A stretch of 62,749 bases of DNA, the filler included, from Choristocarpus tenellus KU-1152 (lineage: Eukaryota; Protista; Phaeophyceae): assembly GCA_964200185.2 (NCBI GenBank). It is 9 parts of 9 records of this genome, joined end to end, with 100 filler letters (N's around TTAATTAATTAA, not from the genome) between each part and the next. Parts side by side here need not be neighbours in the genome. Positions count along the whole stretch, not along the records: positions 8,120 to 14,916 come from CAXNAD020007324.1; positions 15,017 to 23,990 come from CAXNAD020004145.1; positions 24,091 to 30,602 come from CAXNAD020007973.1; 6 more parts are not named here. One strand, given 5' to 3'. This document shows positions 11,138-24,230 of this stretch, one piece after another. Numbering within the stretch: the first letter of the stretch is position 1; each line of letters opens with the position of its first letter. Made by a program: the position numbers and the translations under genes. The notes beneath the pieces are model-generated. The model was not told where the DNA came from. It saw only the letters and a list, made by a program, of their open reading frames with translations, and searched no databases.

Positions 11138-14100
11138 TAAGTTGAGTGTTATGATGCATGGGTCCAGCTGTGGCTCGTAGTAGTGTTTGGCAACAGGCAG
11201 TCAGGGATCAGTTTTTTCTAGTGCAATAAGTTTATCTATATTTTTATATATATATTCTTACACATCGGAGCTGCAGCCCTTGGAAGCACACAATTGTGGA
11301 AGAGGATTGAGAGCATCAGATTGTTAGAAAAGCATTGTGTACATTGGCTCTGTACATTATACCTGGGAAATGTCGATCACTTCAGGCCTTATGTGATCCT
11401 TACCTGTGCTCTTGGGTAGTACCATGATTGATTTTGACCTAATCTCACAACGATCATTGTGCCCAGAATTTTCCGAACATGTTACAGTACCTCTCAAATG
11501 CCTCAACATCGGAAAATGTTGCCTCTAGTACATTATTTTTTTAAAGTCGATGATACACTCGGTTAAGCACCTTGCTTTATACTCAGTACTTCAAGCATAA
11601 ACCAAGAAAAGCGTCACAGATCAGATGTCCCGATTTTTTTGTTTGTTTAACCCTTGACTTTTGTTCAGGGTAGACAGGAGGTTGGTGCGTTGCCCCCCCA
11701 AATACTAGTTTTGACATACCATGCAACTTCAGAAAGGATTGGTGTGTACTGGCTGTGAGGTACTAGACTCTATGGCACAGACTATTCTGTACTTCTACTA
11801 CTACATACTACTAGCAGCTGCCCCCACGAGTCAGTCCAAAAACGATCCACTCTCGAATAGGTATTTGCAACCGAGAAGGATGGGGGTGGGACGGAGCTGA
11901 GGTTGATGCAACACAATGGTGCCTCGAACTTCTTTGCCCAGGTGAGTGAGTGGTAGTTCGGGAACCCTATCCAGCATTAGGGATCAGTTGTCATCTGACA
12001 CCAGTTTAATGTCTCCCATCAAAATCTCAATAGAAAAAGAAGGGCATAAATATTCTCGAGTTAGGTTTGTAGTATCTAAAGCACAACCACCATGCTTAGT
12101 TCTAGATTTCAATCTTGTCTGTTCTGACCTAGGGTATCTCACGTTGCATTCTCATATTCAGAAAAATATAAATATTGTTGAATATATTTATTTTCAAACC
12201 CTGTGGAGCCCTTCTCGTCTCCTTAGTACTGCTTCCCTCAGAGTGGTAGATCCTATCCTACCCCTCTGGACGAATAGGTTTTGCCGTCCAAGATCCATTA
12301 GTGTCCCCTGTCCTGAAACAGAACGTGTGGCAAAGTTTATGATGGGGGGCGATATACTAGTGGGCCAAAAACTAAGTCGGTAAACTCCTGATTTCCGAAC
12401 TGGAGCAGTATGGCAATGTGATGCTTACTGGTTGAACGTACATTGAGCAATCCACATACATCAACAGTTTTTTGCAAATTAATATGAATAGTTCAATTTT
12501 GCTGTCGATCAGTGTGGCACACCCTACATCAGTGGAAATTTCTTGGAAGCAGTCAGAACCTTTTCATGATCAAGGATGAATGACAAGGTTGGAGTCGGTT
12601 GGTGTACAGAATATGATCGAGATAGGAAACTATCAACATAAAAAGAAGGCCCCTGACATATATTTCTTCTCGAATTGTTGAAGAGGGGGTAGCCTACAGC
12701 GGATGTGGTTAGCCGTGGACCCTTTGATCGATGCAACACAGCCTCTATGGCAGGTTGCCAACATTATACACCACACTATTATCATGTCCTACATTTTTTT
12801 ACGCAACTACTACTTGTCTTCCATTCCGCGTCCCTTTCTCCCCTCCTCCCTCCCTTCCCCTCCCTGCATCCCCATTCCCGTACTTATCTTCCCACCCACT
12901 ACCATTGATGTCCCCTTACTCTTGCTTTGGCGACTTCAGTGGGGACACCTTCTTCTGGCGGTTGGTGAGTACGTTCTCAGATGAGTTGTGTGTCGGGGGT
13001 GCATTCTGTTTTATTGGTCCATCTTCGCCAGTGCAGCTTGGTGGGCAGCGCCTTTGTACGGAGGGTAACACGTAGTGCAGAATTGTAGATAGGAGTAGGT
13101 GTGGCGCCAGAATCGCAGTGAGCATTGGTCTACCCTTTATCACCAGGAGGTTGTCCAGCGATAGAAACGGCCGACCCAAAATACTTTGTGGGGTTTTTTG
13201 GCGTTTTTTTTCAGGTCAACCGTAGTCATGTCTTCCGGGGGCATATACATAGTTTTAGGCTTGCTGTCTGCTATTAATTTGGCGTTCGCACACAAGAGGG
13301 AGTTTATCAGGCACCTCTCGGGACGGAACGTGCCCGTGCACCTCACCTTCTTTTTTCTGCATTGTTGGTGAAGCGTTTGCTGTCATGGGTGTAGGTTACC
13401 CTTGGAGTAGTAACGTGGTGGTCCTGGAAGCAAGTCTTGGTAAGGAGTCCCATTACTTATTTTTCCTCAACAGTTTTTCATAAGGTTTCTAGGGGGCAAT
13501 GTCGATTTTTTTTTTCGTTGTAAACGCACGTGTCCTCTATTTTGTTTCTATTTTACTATTCCTGGTTTCTTGGACTGAAGCAGACACGTAAATTTTCTCA
13601 GGGGGGCAAAAAATCCTCACATACATAAAAATAATTTCTTCCCGAGGTCAACTGGTTTATCAGTTCCTCGGTGGCAACGCCTATGGCTCCTCTCATGTTC
13701 CGAAGGATGCACGCAACTGCTTCGTGCGCAGTGCACCTTGAAGTCTACTGTTGCTACTACTTCGTTTACTATCACGTTTTAGCATATACAATATACTTCG
13801 CAAGTTTTTTCATCCTTAAACAAATACCATATAGAAGAATGTTGAGTGTTATGCCACAAGCATTGAGTATGTGGTAGAAGCCAAAAAGAAAGATGTGATT
13901 TTTTTCGGGTCATAAATTGGGATGCCTGCTTCAGATAGAGGTGTAACTTGAACATCTTGCGGAACATTTTGGGTTTCTCGAGCCAGTAAATCTATTTCCA
14001 TTGGCATTGCTGGGAATGAGATGCCTGGTCCTCTTTATACCCTAAGCAGCAGCTTGTGATTGCACAAGAAGAGTCAGCTCTAGAGGGAGAGAGACTTGGT

Positions 14101-15016
14101 GTACCCTGAGGAAGTCATGCCACACCATGTTATCTATCTCCAACCAAACCCTTCAATGTTGAAGTTGCACTTGCAAATGGAGTAAGAGCATAACCAACTG
14201 AGCTTGGGACAGTTGCTTGTCCTTTCTCTCATTTCTGGATAACGCCTCACAGAAAGGGGGTGAGGGGAGGGGGGAGGTTCTTGGCAAGCCTGTTTTCACC
14301 CAGCAAAGCTCTGAATCTCCCACCTGACACCCTCACCAAGCACAAATCCTTATCTCCTACACCAACACTCCCCACACACTTTTAATCTCACCAATATATC
14401 TTTTCAACTACTTCGTACACATTCCTTGAGGGGAGGGGGGGTAACCAACTTCTTGTTGCCGGCAAGGGCAGGGTCAGGCTCTTATTCCTACCTGCCTGCC
14501 ATCATATTTTTCTTTCTATCCCCCCTACGCGACACCCTCCCTAGATAACTCAGATTTCAATCAACGCACAGGTCTAATGCACACAATAATGCAACAAAAC
14601 ACTAGAGCATATACACATAAGTCATCCTTAATTAACCCACGCTGGCCTAGAGCTATATCCATCAGGTTCCAGACATGCATAAATCGAAGTTTGCATCTAC
14701 CTCAATTTAGGCCCCGGTCAAGCACACAGATAGATATTTTCTTCACATATACACAGGTAGATAGACAGATAAACACATGCACACAAACACAAATATACAC
14801 ACACACACACACAGGGGGGGGGGGGGGGGGGGGGGGTAACACGGGGAAAGGGAGGGGGGGGGGGGGGGGGGGGGGGTGGGGGGGGGGGGGGACCTTAAAA
14901 AAAAAAAAAAAAAAAANNNNNNNNNNNNNNNNNNNNNNNNNNNNNNNNNNNNNNNNNNNNTTAATTAATTAANNNNNNNNNNNNNNNNNNNNNNNNNNNN
15001 NNNNNNNNNNNNNNNN

Positions 15017-17048
15017 CAGCACCATCCCCACTGATGCATTTGACTGGTATACCTTCCCTGGCCATCTGGTCGATATAAGCAGCGGTTGCGTCCGTCGCTG
15101 CGTTTTTTGTCTTCAATCCATAAACCCTCTTGTCTCTGCTGCTCTCATCGACGAACACCTGAAAATATTGATGGCCAGTGATGTCTGCTTTGGCAGGTCC
15201 CGCCAAATCTGTGTGGACAACCTCGCCGGGCTGCTTGGGGGTCCTGCCACCCCGTTGATAGCTTAGGGCATCAGACTTGCATTCCTTGCAGGTCTCGCAT
15301 TGCAGTTCTGACGCCACAGTAGCATCGGTGATCTCCAACAGTCCACGCTTCTCGAGGTGCTTGATAGCTGCAGGGTTGATGTGACCTAATATGTTATCCC
15401 ATCCTTTATTGTCAGCCTCTGCTTTCGGTTGACTCGTGCAGCGCTGGCTCTCGTTTCTTGTTCCATGTTGATTATGGTTTTTGTAGGTTTATCTTGGGCG
15501 AATTCTTGGAGGCCCTCAGATAACTTTCCTTTGTTCCTGAATCCATAATTCTCCTCCATTTCGTCGTATACTTCCAGTACTCAATATGCGGCATGATAGA
15601 CCTGGGGCCCATAGAACATCCTTCAGAACCACTCTTGTTGGTTTGCCATCCTTGTCCGTTACCATTAGAACCATATCCCCGGTTTCTTTCGCTTCCAATT
15701 TCCCATTGTTTCCAAAGGTGCATGTGCGTTTGGTGCCCCGAGTACTTCTGAGATCTTCACGATCAGGTGCAAGATGAACGTTTGCTCCAGAGTCACATAA
15801 TATCTCGACTTGTCTTCCACTGGAGGAGTTGAACACCGCTTTTTTGTTAACCTCCTCGTGTGCTGTCACCTTGAAACTGGAGAAGGAGCGCGCTTGGTTT
15901 CCGTCGACTTTGTTGCTGCTCCCACGAGTTGGAGGTGGTGGAAATGTTTCGGGTGCCATCCCAGGCGGACGTGTTGCCGACGGCTTTCCATTTAAGTATC
16001 GGTAGCAATTCTGCCATCGATGGTTCATCCTTAAACAATATCCACATTGGTTTGGTCTGAGGCCACTTCCAGCTGATCCTTTGATCTTCCGAGCATGACC
16101 ATTCTTCACATTGCCAATCATTGCTAATACTCCATCATGACCATCTTGACCCGAGTTAAGGTAAGTTGTCTACGAGAGAACTGCTCGTTTGAGCTCCTCA
16201 TAGCTGATGTCCGGGCGTGTTATCAATTGTGCGAACACATGTGGCATTGATTCCTTGATTCCAAGTAGTATAGATGCCCTCTTCATGTTTTCGGATTTAG
16301 GCTCCTTGAGCTCCTCGAATTCCCGAAAATAGTCGTTCGAGTTTGACGACAAAATCGGTGCTGTCCTGAGACGCTGTGCACCGTAATTTGCGGAGTTTTT
16401 CCTCCAACGTGATGACTTGTACGGGGATTTCGTCCTCCGCGCGTCCACCGTAGACTCGTTCTAATTCCAACCAAGCTCCTCTGCCGTCTGGTTGACCTCC
16501 ATTTTCGTATTTCGCTACAATCGTGGATGCCGATCATTTCGTTGTTTGTAGAAGGAGGAACCATAACGCCTTGTTATTCCTTCGAGTATGTGGCATGTGC
16601 CGTACGCACTGCCTCTCCCGAGATGGTGGTGGGTGTTTCAGGAATCTCGTAGGAGTGAAAGTATCTTAGAGGATACGATTTTTTCCCTGTTTGTCCATTT
16701 GGGGTTTGGGTTCCCACGAGGTTTTAATGACATTCTACCTACTCCAAAATCTTTCGAAGTGGGTAAAATGTATACATTATGAAACGGTGTGTCTGGAACA
16801 AGAATATTGAAATCTCTTAACAACCACGATACCCAAAATTACCTCAAATTGCAACATTAGATTTTGGTTCCCTAATGGACGCGACTCTACCATCTAAGAT
16901 ACTCTGACTCGTAGTCCCTTGTTGTAATCTCGTACAAGCCCTTTCCACCAGCGTAGGCGATCAGTGACAGTCTCCAAGTTGACCAGGTCTTCAATGACCT
17001 TCCTGTCGCCCCTGTCCAGACAGCAAGTTTCGTCAGGTCAGTCTCCAT
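15017..17048 (-). mobile_element. Ty1/Copia LTR retrotransposon gag-pol (gag, Zn knuckle, protease, integrase N-terminal part); pseudogenised and truncated by the contig end
   Basis: From the ATG at 17048: METDLTKLAVWTG...; gag-like DGRGAWLELERVYG; CCHC CGYCLRMNHRWQNC; protease ILCDSGANVHL; GAG-pre-integrase LGHIN...CETCKECK; integrase PGEVVHTDLAGP...FVDESSR...CISGDGA. Integrase directly after protease is the Copia order. Stops, frameshifts and a MITE insertion are present. A possible PBS-like tRNA complement lies at ~17092-17109. Confidence 0.93.
16653..16910. mobile_element. MITE family L, full-length (258 bp), inserted in Copia gag
   Basis: TIRs GAGTGAAAGTATCTTAGA / TCTAAGATACTCTGACTC flanked by GTAG on both sides. 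Removal restores gag ...RDYEIPE. Confidence 0.88.
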
Positions 17049-17811
17049 ACTACTTAGGCCGATTTTGACGCGAAATTGCTTTCACTCGATATTCTCTCTG
17101 GAGTTACCGACAAAATATTTACACAGGTGACTGTGCAAATTACCTTGGGAGGTAATGCTATTTCTCAGGAGTGAAGATAAGAGGGTGTGAAGCCTCACAT
17201 GAGTCCCCTTCGCTGAACGTGAAAAATAATGAATGGTTGTAATTAGAAGAGTGACCTTTGTGTGGTGTCTTCTTATTGCTTTTTACTATTTATTTGTGTT
17301 TCCTATCTGAGTCAACGGTCAAGTCAAAGTAGTTGAATGCAGAATGAATACCAATACATAATCCCATACATAGTATGGATGTAGTATTTTATTAGTTACA
17401 TCACATGGACTCAATTCAACACAACAATCTCATATACACAAAACAAGGTACACCTCACTATTGTCCTATTTTGCACAGTGGCAACATAGCAGTGGTGGAC
17501 GAAATTGGGATGTTTCATCTCGATACTAAGTTCCAACTTGTCTCATATTCGGCTTTTGCGAAAGCACGAACATGTCCCTTCCATTAGAAATGATCTCGTT
17601 ATTGCTTTCTTAATGTATAGCCCAATTCCAGGTTAGGTCTAGATGGTGTTGCTGTTCACCACGCTACATTGATTCACACGAGATAGTCCGTACAAACAGA
17701 CACGACATAGATAGGGTCCTAATTACATTCCCTCGTATTTCAATACAGTGCAAAGTGGTAGCAATTGAGATCTCAACGCGTTATGTACGAAGGTCGTCAG
17801 GACTACGAACA

Positions 17812-17977
17812 TAGGAAGTGTCAATATCAATGTTCCAGACACATCTTTTCATAAGTATACATTTCACCTACGCCTAAACATTTTGGAGTAGGAAAATGTC
17901 ATAAATAAACCCATGGGAAGCCAAGCCCCAAATGGACAAATAGGGTAAAACTCATACCCTCTAAGATACTTTCACTC
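17812..17977. mobile_element. MITE family L, partial, opposite orientation
   Basis: Reverse-complement match to 16653-16820, ending in CCCTCTAAGATACTTTCACTC. Confidence 0.85.
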
Positions 17978-17979
17978 AA

Positions 17980-19405
17980 CTGCCTCTTCCTTACCCCTGT
18001 GTGCTCCACACTGAAGCCACTCCCCCGTTTGTATCTGAGTACTTGACTGTACGCCACAAAAAGGAGCTGTCAAGCCCTCTCAAGTGTGGTTCCATCACAC
18101 TCCTCATACTGTTTCTTAATGACCTTCACCATCTCCTTGACGGACCCAAACCACTCCCCATCACCCGACATTTCAAAGATCTGAAGAAGCACAGGCCCAT
18201 GATATTGAGGTCGGGGGAGTTAGATGTCTGCTTCACAAGCCTAATCGACCACCCCTCAGTCTTCCCTGTCCCTGACAAGATTTCTGAGTTGCTCCTGCCC
18301 GTGTGTGGGGTGGCACCGTCTTGCTGAACGAAAAAGCGCTTCCCCTGCAACCAAGGCATCTTGGTCTTGATTGCAGGCAATTACTCCTCCGCGTACCACT
18401 TCCTGTACCCCAAATGGTCTAAAGTACAGTCCTGCTCATACACATCCCCCATTTTATGGTTCTTGCTTGTCCTGTCTGCCGTTTTTGGCGCACACACACG
18501 CCAAATACCAAGCTTTCCATCAAAAGCTGTGAGCTGAATCTGGGCGTGCATTGACTGTAATGACCCAAAGTATCTGGGGGAGGGTGGAGGGTCTACACCG
18601 GGGTGTCCATTTGGGTCAAAACCAGGAAAAGTGCACTTTCATTATCCATCCGACTTATGGAATCAAATAACCCAAAAATCGCGACATGAAAAAATTGATC
18701 CCAAATGGACAGCCGCTACCCCCCCCAGATACTTTGAGCCAACGATCATGGTTTGGGGGATATGACTCTTGTGCTGCACAGAAGGGGACCCTGGAAGGTC
18801 GCTATCATCCTCAGGCAGAAATACCCTAACCCTTTCCCCATCAGCCATCACATAAAACCAGGTTTCACCCACAACGTGTTCGCCATGGAGGCGTACACAC
18901 CACGTTTCCGGTCAACTTAATCGCAAACAACGTCCATTCTCCATATCTCTTGTCACGATTCAAGCTTGGGTTTGATCCAGCGGCAATTCAGCATGGCCCC
19001 CATATCATCCAACCACCTGTTTGTGGTGCTCGTGCTATAATTCAGCCCCTTGGTGGCCATCTTCATTGTCACCTGACTCACTGTGGATGACCAATTATCA
19101 GAGTTGATACTATATATTGCGGCCATCTTGGTCGGTGTGAGATCCAAACGCCACCCACTGCGTGCCGCCACCCCTAGGTCAAGCGTGTGGCCACGAGCGA
19201 GCTGATCGGCGACGTCCTCCCAGAGCCCTCACATGTAACGCTCAGACACTCCAAACTCCGCGCGAGGGGCGGCCCAACGTGTTGTGGCAGTTTATGCTCA
19301 CCAGGGACCATCACGAGAATGTGCCGCACTGCAAGCACAACCCTGGTATTCAGGAACACTTAGGCACCCTTCCTACACAGGGGGGTCGAGGTGGGGGGTG
19401 GCCAT
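17980..19405 (-). pseudogene. Tc1/mariner transposase of plant/oomycete DD39D-like type, inactivated
   Basis: Motifs IKPKL, VGETWFY (cf. VDEKWFY), QHKSHIPQTMI..TVNARP, FDGKLGIW, LPAIKTKMP, VQQDGATPH, NSPDLNIMGLCFFRSL (cf. NSPDLNVLDLGFF). The first and third catalytic Asp are mutated to Gly, with 40 residues between D2 and the D3 position. Stops and a MITE insertion are present. Confidence 0.92.
18562..18740. mobile_element. MITE family S, full-length (179 bp), inserted in the mariner transposase
   Basis: TIRs GACCCAAAGTATCTGGGGG / CCCCCAGATACTTTGAGCC, subterminal CCATTTGGG/CCCAAATGG, flanks AAT/AAC. Removing the element plus 3 bp restores MIITVNARP spacing. Confidence 0.9.
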
Positions 19406-20072
19406 GCCGACATTCTGACCCTCAACGTGCCCGGTTCTGGCCTCAAAATCGCCCCAAAAGACCCCTATTTTGACGGCTTGAAGCACCTCGAGTTTGTTCC
19501 TGATGATCCTCGACCCCCACCTTATTTTGAAAGCAGAGATTGTCAACCCAATTTCATTCTGTGGGGTTATCGTCCGATTCAGTACTGTTGTCGCTCAGCA
19601 AGCCTAGATGCTTCGTGGCACATAATTGTGGCACAAATTTAGTAATATCCTACTTCGAAGTAATATTCGTTACCATCATTGAGCCAAAGTAAACAAGTAT
19701 CCCAGTTTTGGTCGTTTGAATTTTAAGCAACGTTTTTCGTCTTTTTGCGATTCATCCTCATTTCTGTTGATAAAGTAGAAAGGAAGGCCTTGAGGGTGTT
19801 TATTTGTATAATGTTGCAAATACTGGACAGAATTCAGAAATTCTCCACACGCATTTGTACAAAAAACCCAAACTTACACATATTTGTCACTCCGTAAAAT
19901 GTAACCGGGCATACCTCTCGTTTACTCTGACTCATTATATTGATGCATTAATAGTGAAGTCGTAGTAGGTCTTATTACTTCATACATGCATACATGTATG
20001 TACAACATAATATTCAAATATCCTTCATTCGTTAACAACAAAAATTGTCCTTCTCTTTCATTCTTTGGCTTT

Positions 20073-20249
20073 CGCTCAAAGTATCTGGAGGGAGTGGCGA
20101 CTGTTCATTTGGGTCAATTTTTTCATGTAGCGAGTTTTGGGTGATTTGGTTCCATAAGTCGGATGGATAATGAAAGTGCACTTTTCCTGGTTTTGACCCA
20201 AATGGACACCCCGGTGTAGACCCCCCCCCTCCCTCAGATACTTTGAGTC
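20073..20249. mobile_element. MITE family S, full-length (177 bp)
   Basis: Close inverted match to 18562-18740; TTT/TTT flanks. Confidence 0.9.
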
Positions 20250-21094
20250 TTTTTATGTGGTCCTTGTTAGAAGGGGGTGTCTTTTTTGGGTCACCTCTTC
20301 GACCATGGGTACGGGGTCCCTCACACAAAAGAAATCAAAATAGAAAAGATAATTATTTTTTTTTATAATAATGGTAAAACAAGTAGGCAATAGAAGAAAC
20401 GTGGAAATTATATACAAGTACAACATCATGTAGCAACAAAACAAATATCTTGTTCGAAAAGAAAACAAGATAGCAGGGGGAAGGGGGGGCACCGCCATAA
20501 TACGGAATAGATAGCACCACCTTCATCAATTAATCAATCACGACCAATACCTTCATTTCTACTACTTTGGTACTAGTAGTAGTGTGTGAAGTAGTAGAGG
20601 AGGCCTCGTCACCACCCTCTCACTCACACAAAATTCATACCACAACAACAAGAAAATGAGCGCTACGAAGAATAAAGATAACCGCACAAGAGTCATTACT
20701 CGCTATTAAATGATAGTATTTTTCATTAATCTAAACCTACCATGATGTTAACCACAATGAGATAAAAGCAACTCTACAGGGGTTCTTCCATGCAAATCAA
20801 AAATCTTTTTTTGCGATATCTGATCACTCGTTATAAAGTATCGCAACTGAAATCCGAAAGGGTAGTTTCTCCTGTCATATTCGTGCCGGTTCAACCATTA
20901 CAAGAAACGAGCCGTTCTCTTTTGCTGTCATCAAGTGTTTTCTGTTCCGAAACGTTCTCCTCGCTTCACGTATGCAAGCATATCTGTGGTGCTTCGTACA
21001 GTGTGGATGTTGGTATTCTATCTACTTCGAGTTACATACAGCTAGATTCAGTCCTGTACATCATAATATGTAACTTTTCTCTGTGTCTCGAAAG

Positions 21095-21862
21095 GCAGTG
21101 GCCTACACTCCCACGCCCCCCTTCGCTCATCCCTAAGCCCTGACCTCCTGCAATTCCGGCTTGATGGCGGCCTTAGTCCGAACAGCACGGTCGACCCAGA
21201 TTGTCTGGTGTTCAATGAGGAGGTACAGGCAAGAGCAAACAAAGCCACGACACGTCGATTCAGGTGTGAGTGGCGGGGATCATGAGGGGAAGAAGGTTCG
21301 GTCAGAATGTGTAAAAACATGTGTCAATGATGTTTGGTGATGATGCCCTCAGTACTGGGACTGCTCTCTCGTAATGATTAATGAGCTCTACATCATCAAG
21401 GCAGTGTTTTTTTGTCTCATTTTTTTTAGGTGTCAAGACGAACATATGTTACGTAGACAAATGCTAGAGGCAGGCAATGAAGGCATCAGGACGCTAGAGT
21501 CTTCGCGAGAGCCAAAGTCATAGCCTCACACATGGATCAAGCAAGGTAAATATTTAGCACATTCTTGCTACATCCAGCAGATGGGCAATTTCTCTCTCAT
21601 GTGTCTGTGTCTGTGTCTGTGTCTGTGTCTGTGTCTGTGTGCCTGTGTGTGTCCGTGTTTTTCATTGACAAGCTCATTTAGTGTTTGGTGCACACCGCCT
21701 CCTTGCTGCAGATCCCTTCGAGATACAAAGCAACTTGTCCAGGCAACAGGGTGGTTTATGCGTAAAATACCGTCACCAATCATCAGGCATTGGGACTCCC
21801 CACCTGAGATACAGGGTTGTAGCGGCGGTGGAACGGCTTTGCCAGTCCTTCAAGATACTCCC
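21095..21862 (+). pseudogene. Exon-like fragments of an unidentified, probably decayed gene
   Basis: AG/GT-bounded segments at ~21095-21262, 21431-21545 and ~21712-21862. The middle segment has stops in all frames. Confidence 0.25.
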
Positions 21863-23330
21863 GTATGCTACTCTTTGCGTCATGCTTGCAATAGACACAA
21901 CATATTGTGTGCGTATGTGCATGTGTATGTGTCGTAACCCAACAACCAGTCAGATGGAAGTAGAGGAGAATGCCCAAACCCAGTGTACCGACAAGCAGGA
22001 ATGAAGGAAATAATTATACGAAGATTCATAGGTTGTTGGCAGGCACGTATGGTCCAGGGGTCAATCACTTCGGTCTTGGTGAAACAGTAAAGGATGGGTG
22101 GGTGGGTGAAAATTGAACAAGAGGGCGCAATTATACCAAGGTACGCAGCATTTCCAAGACAAAGTAGACGAGGGTAAAACAAAGGGGGAGTATTACGAGA
22201 TATTTAAGGGCAACAAAGGGTGCCTGCTAGAGCTAGTTCTTTTTTAACTCGACCTTGGCTCAAGGAATCTTTGCTAGAATACTTGTATTATGTTCTGACA
22301 TAGGGCCTGAAGCATTCTTTTTGGGGGTTTGGGGAAGTCTCAGGGTCAAAGGAGGGCGCTCAGGAGTTCTGAGATCCAATAAGATAGTTCTTCTCTTATC
22401 CTCAGTTTCGACCTGAAGTCCAAATCCTATTGTTCTGGGTGCTCAGAGTTCAAATTAGAGGAACTTGAAAATTCGGTTCCATTTTCTAATTACCTACTGT
22501 GTCAGGGAAGGCCTTTGCCTCTCGAGAATGCTATCAATTCGATATTAGCCACAAAATGTTGAACTAATGCTTTTAAATGTGGTGGTTGACGGATTTTTAA
22601 GGTGAAGTGCTGTGCAAGGCTGAAAAGTCATAAAGCTCAAGAACATATTTCTTGTTTGTCCGCAACATAGCCTGTAACCACAATGTAATAGACACGCCAG
22701 CAAATGATCACTCAACCTCTCCACCTCCTTGCTGGCTCCTCATATCAGCAATCTATGTCCATGTCTTACCAAGCTGGATGCTACGAAGTATATTGGCTGG
22801 TAACTTGTAATGGGAAATTCCTGATTTCCAACAGCAGCAAGGTCCCACAGCCTGTACTCTGGCCTGCCCTCCGTGTTACCTTGAAGGTGAAATTGATAGT
22901 CATGCGGGGTAGGGGGGGCAGGAGATCGGAGGCTGTCACATACATGAGGCTTTGTGTATTATGAGATCAGGGTCTTCAGATATTCAGATTCAGAGAGGAG
23001 GTTTTGATGGTAGATCGATATATGTGCACACGTAAGGAAGGACATACATGTCAAAAAAAGAAACGACGTTGACTACTGCATGCAATGGCTTACTAACAGT
23101 CCCAGTGTGTCTTATTCATCCAACAATACATTTTTTTACTTTAAACATAACGTATCCTATCACTATCATGTATTACGATTTCTACTATTATTATTATTAA
23201 TCTACTCTACTCTTTACTACTATTGTCTACTGGTGCTTGAGAGGTCAGGGATCACAATAGAACATAGAAAGTATGCACCATTACATTATTATATCATTAT
23301 CATCCACTACCATAACATACTAATTTGAAT

Positions 23331-23539
23331 ATAGATTAGAGAAGTCGAGCCAAGTTTAGAGGGAGGGCAGTTTACGGTAGAGCAATATAATAAGAGGTGT
23401 GAACATTGATTACCCGATGAACATTCGACATTCTACTCTGTATATAGGTTAGAGAAGCCAAGCCAAGTTTAGAGGGAGGGAAGTTTATGGTAGAGCAATA
23501 TAATATGAGGTGTGAACATTGACTACCCGATGAAAATTC
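23331..23539. repeat. Tandem duplication, 113-bp period, 2 copies
   Basis: GAGAAG..AGCCAAGTTTAGAGGGAGGG..GGTGTGAACATTGA.TACCCGATGAA occurs twice. Confidence 0.9.
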
Positions 23540-23963
23540 CTCCCAGGAACATTACATCCTTGATATTGATATCACAACAGAGTGGTATAGTATGCAGCAA
23601 AGAGTCCAATTGGCTAAGTGAAAAAAAGAGAGAATTATAACTATGATGAAAACAGTGCCAACATACATATATGTTGATAATGAGAAGAGAAAAAAATAGT
23701 TGTATTCAATTGGCTCAGTGCAGCAGCATACTATGTAGTATAAAAATTTCATTTGTTCAAATGTTACCTTTTGTAGGTATCCCCCCTATCCCCTCTACAT
23801 TCCATAGCATTAAACGACTCTACTTCCTGACTTCTTACACACCGGGCTCTGCAACAGCAAACCCAGCACGCTCAATCAACGTGCCTCTCTGAGTTCATGG
23901 CCCCTAAGATATCTTTGTCATTCTCCTAGCTAGCTTTGCCATTTACTCCAGAACATTGTTTGA

Positions 23964-23990
23964 GACCCAAAGTATCTGGGAGGGGGGGGG
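23964..23990. mobile_element. MITE family S terminus at the contig end
   Basis: GACCCAAAGTATCTGGGAGGGG. Confidence 0.75.
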
Positions 23991-24090
23991 NNNNNNNNNN
24001 NNNNNNNNNNNNNNNNNNNNNNNNNNNNNNNNNNTTAATTAATTAANNNNNNNNNNNNNNNNNNNNNNNNNNNNNNNNNNNNNNNNNNNN

Positions 24091-24230
24091 ACCCCGAAAT
24101 CGCGACATGAAAGAATTGACCCCAAATGGACAGCCGCCACCCCCTCCCAGATACTTTGAGCCTCAAAATTGCGACATTAGATTTTGGGACCAAAATAGAA
24201 GCGGCTCTACCCTCTAAGATACTTTGACTC
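24091..24230. mobile_element. MITE-S end (24091-24162) directly abutting or nested in a MITE-L end (24163-24230)
   Basis: ...CCCAGATACTTTGAGCC is followed by TCAAAATTGCGACATTAG...CTCTAAGATACTTTGACTC. Confidence 0.85.

Noticed and set aside
12900-14050. Minus-strand exon-like fragments
   Set aside because: Could not build a phase-consistent, stop-free model or recognise a domain.
14790-14916. Long G-runs and poly-A (G-quadruplex or retroposon tail)
   Set aside because: Lies at a contig end and is typical of low-quality sequence.
17980-20000. Fanzor/TnpB cargo next to the mariner
   Set aside because: No RuvC or Zn-finger motifs were recognised around the transposase or elsewhere in the window.
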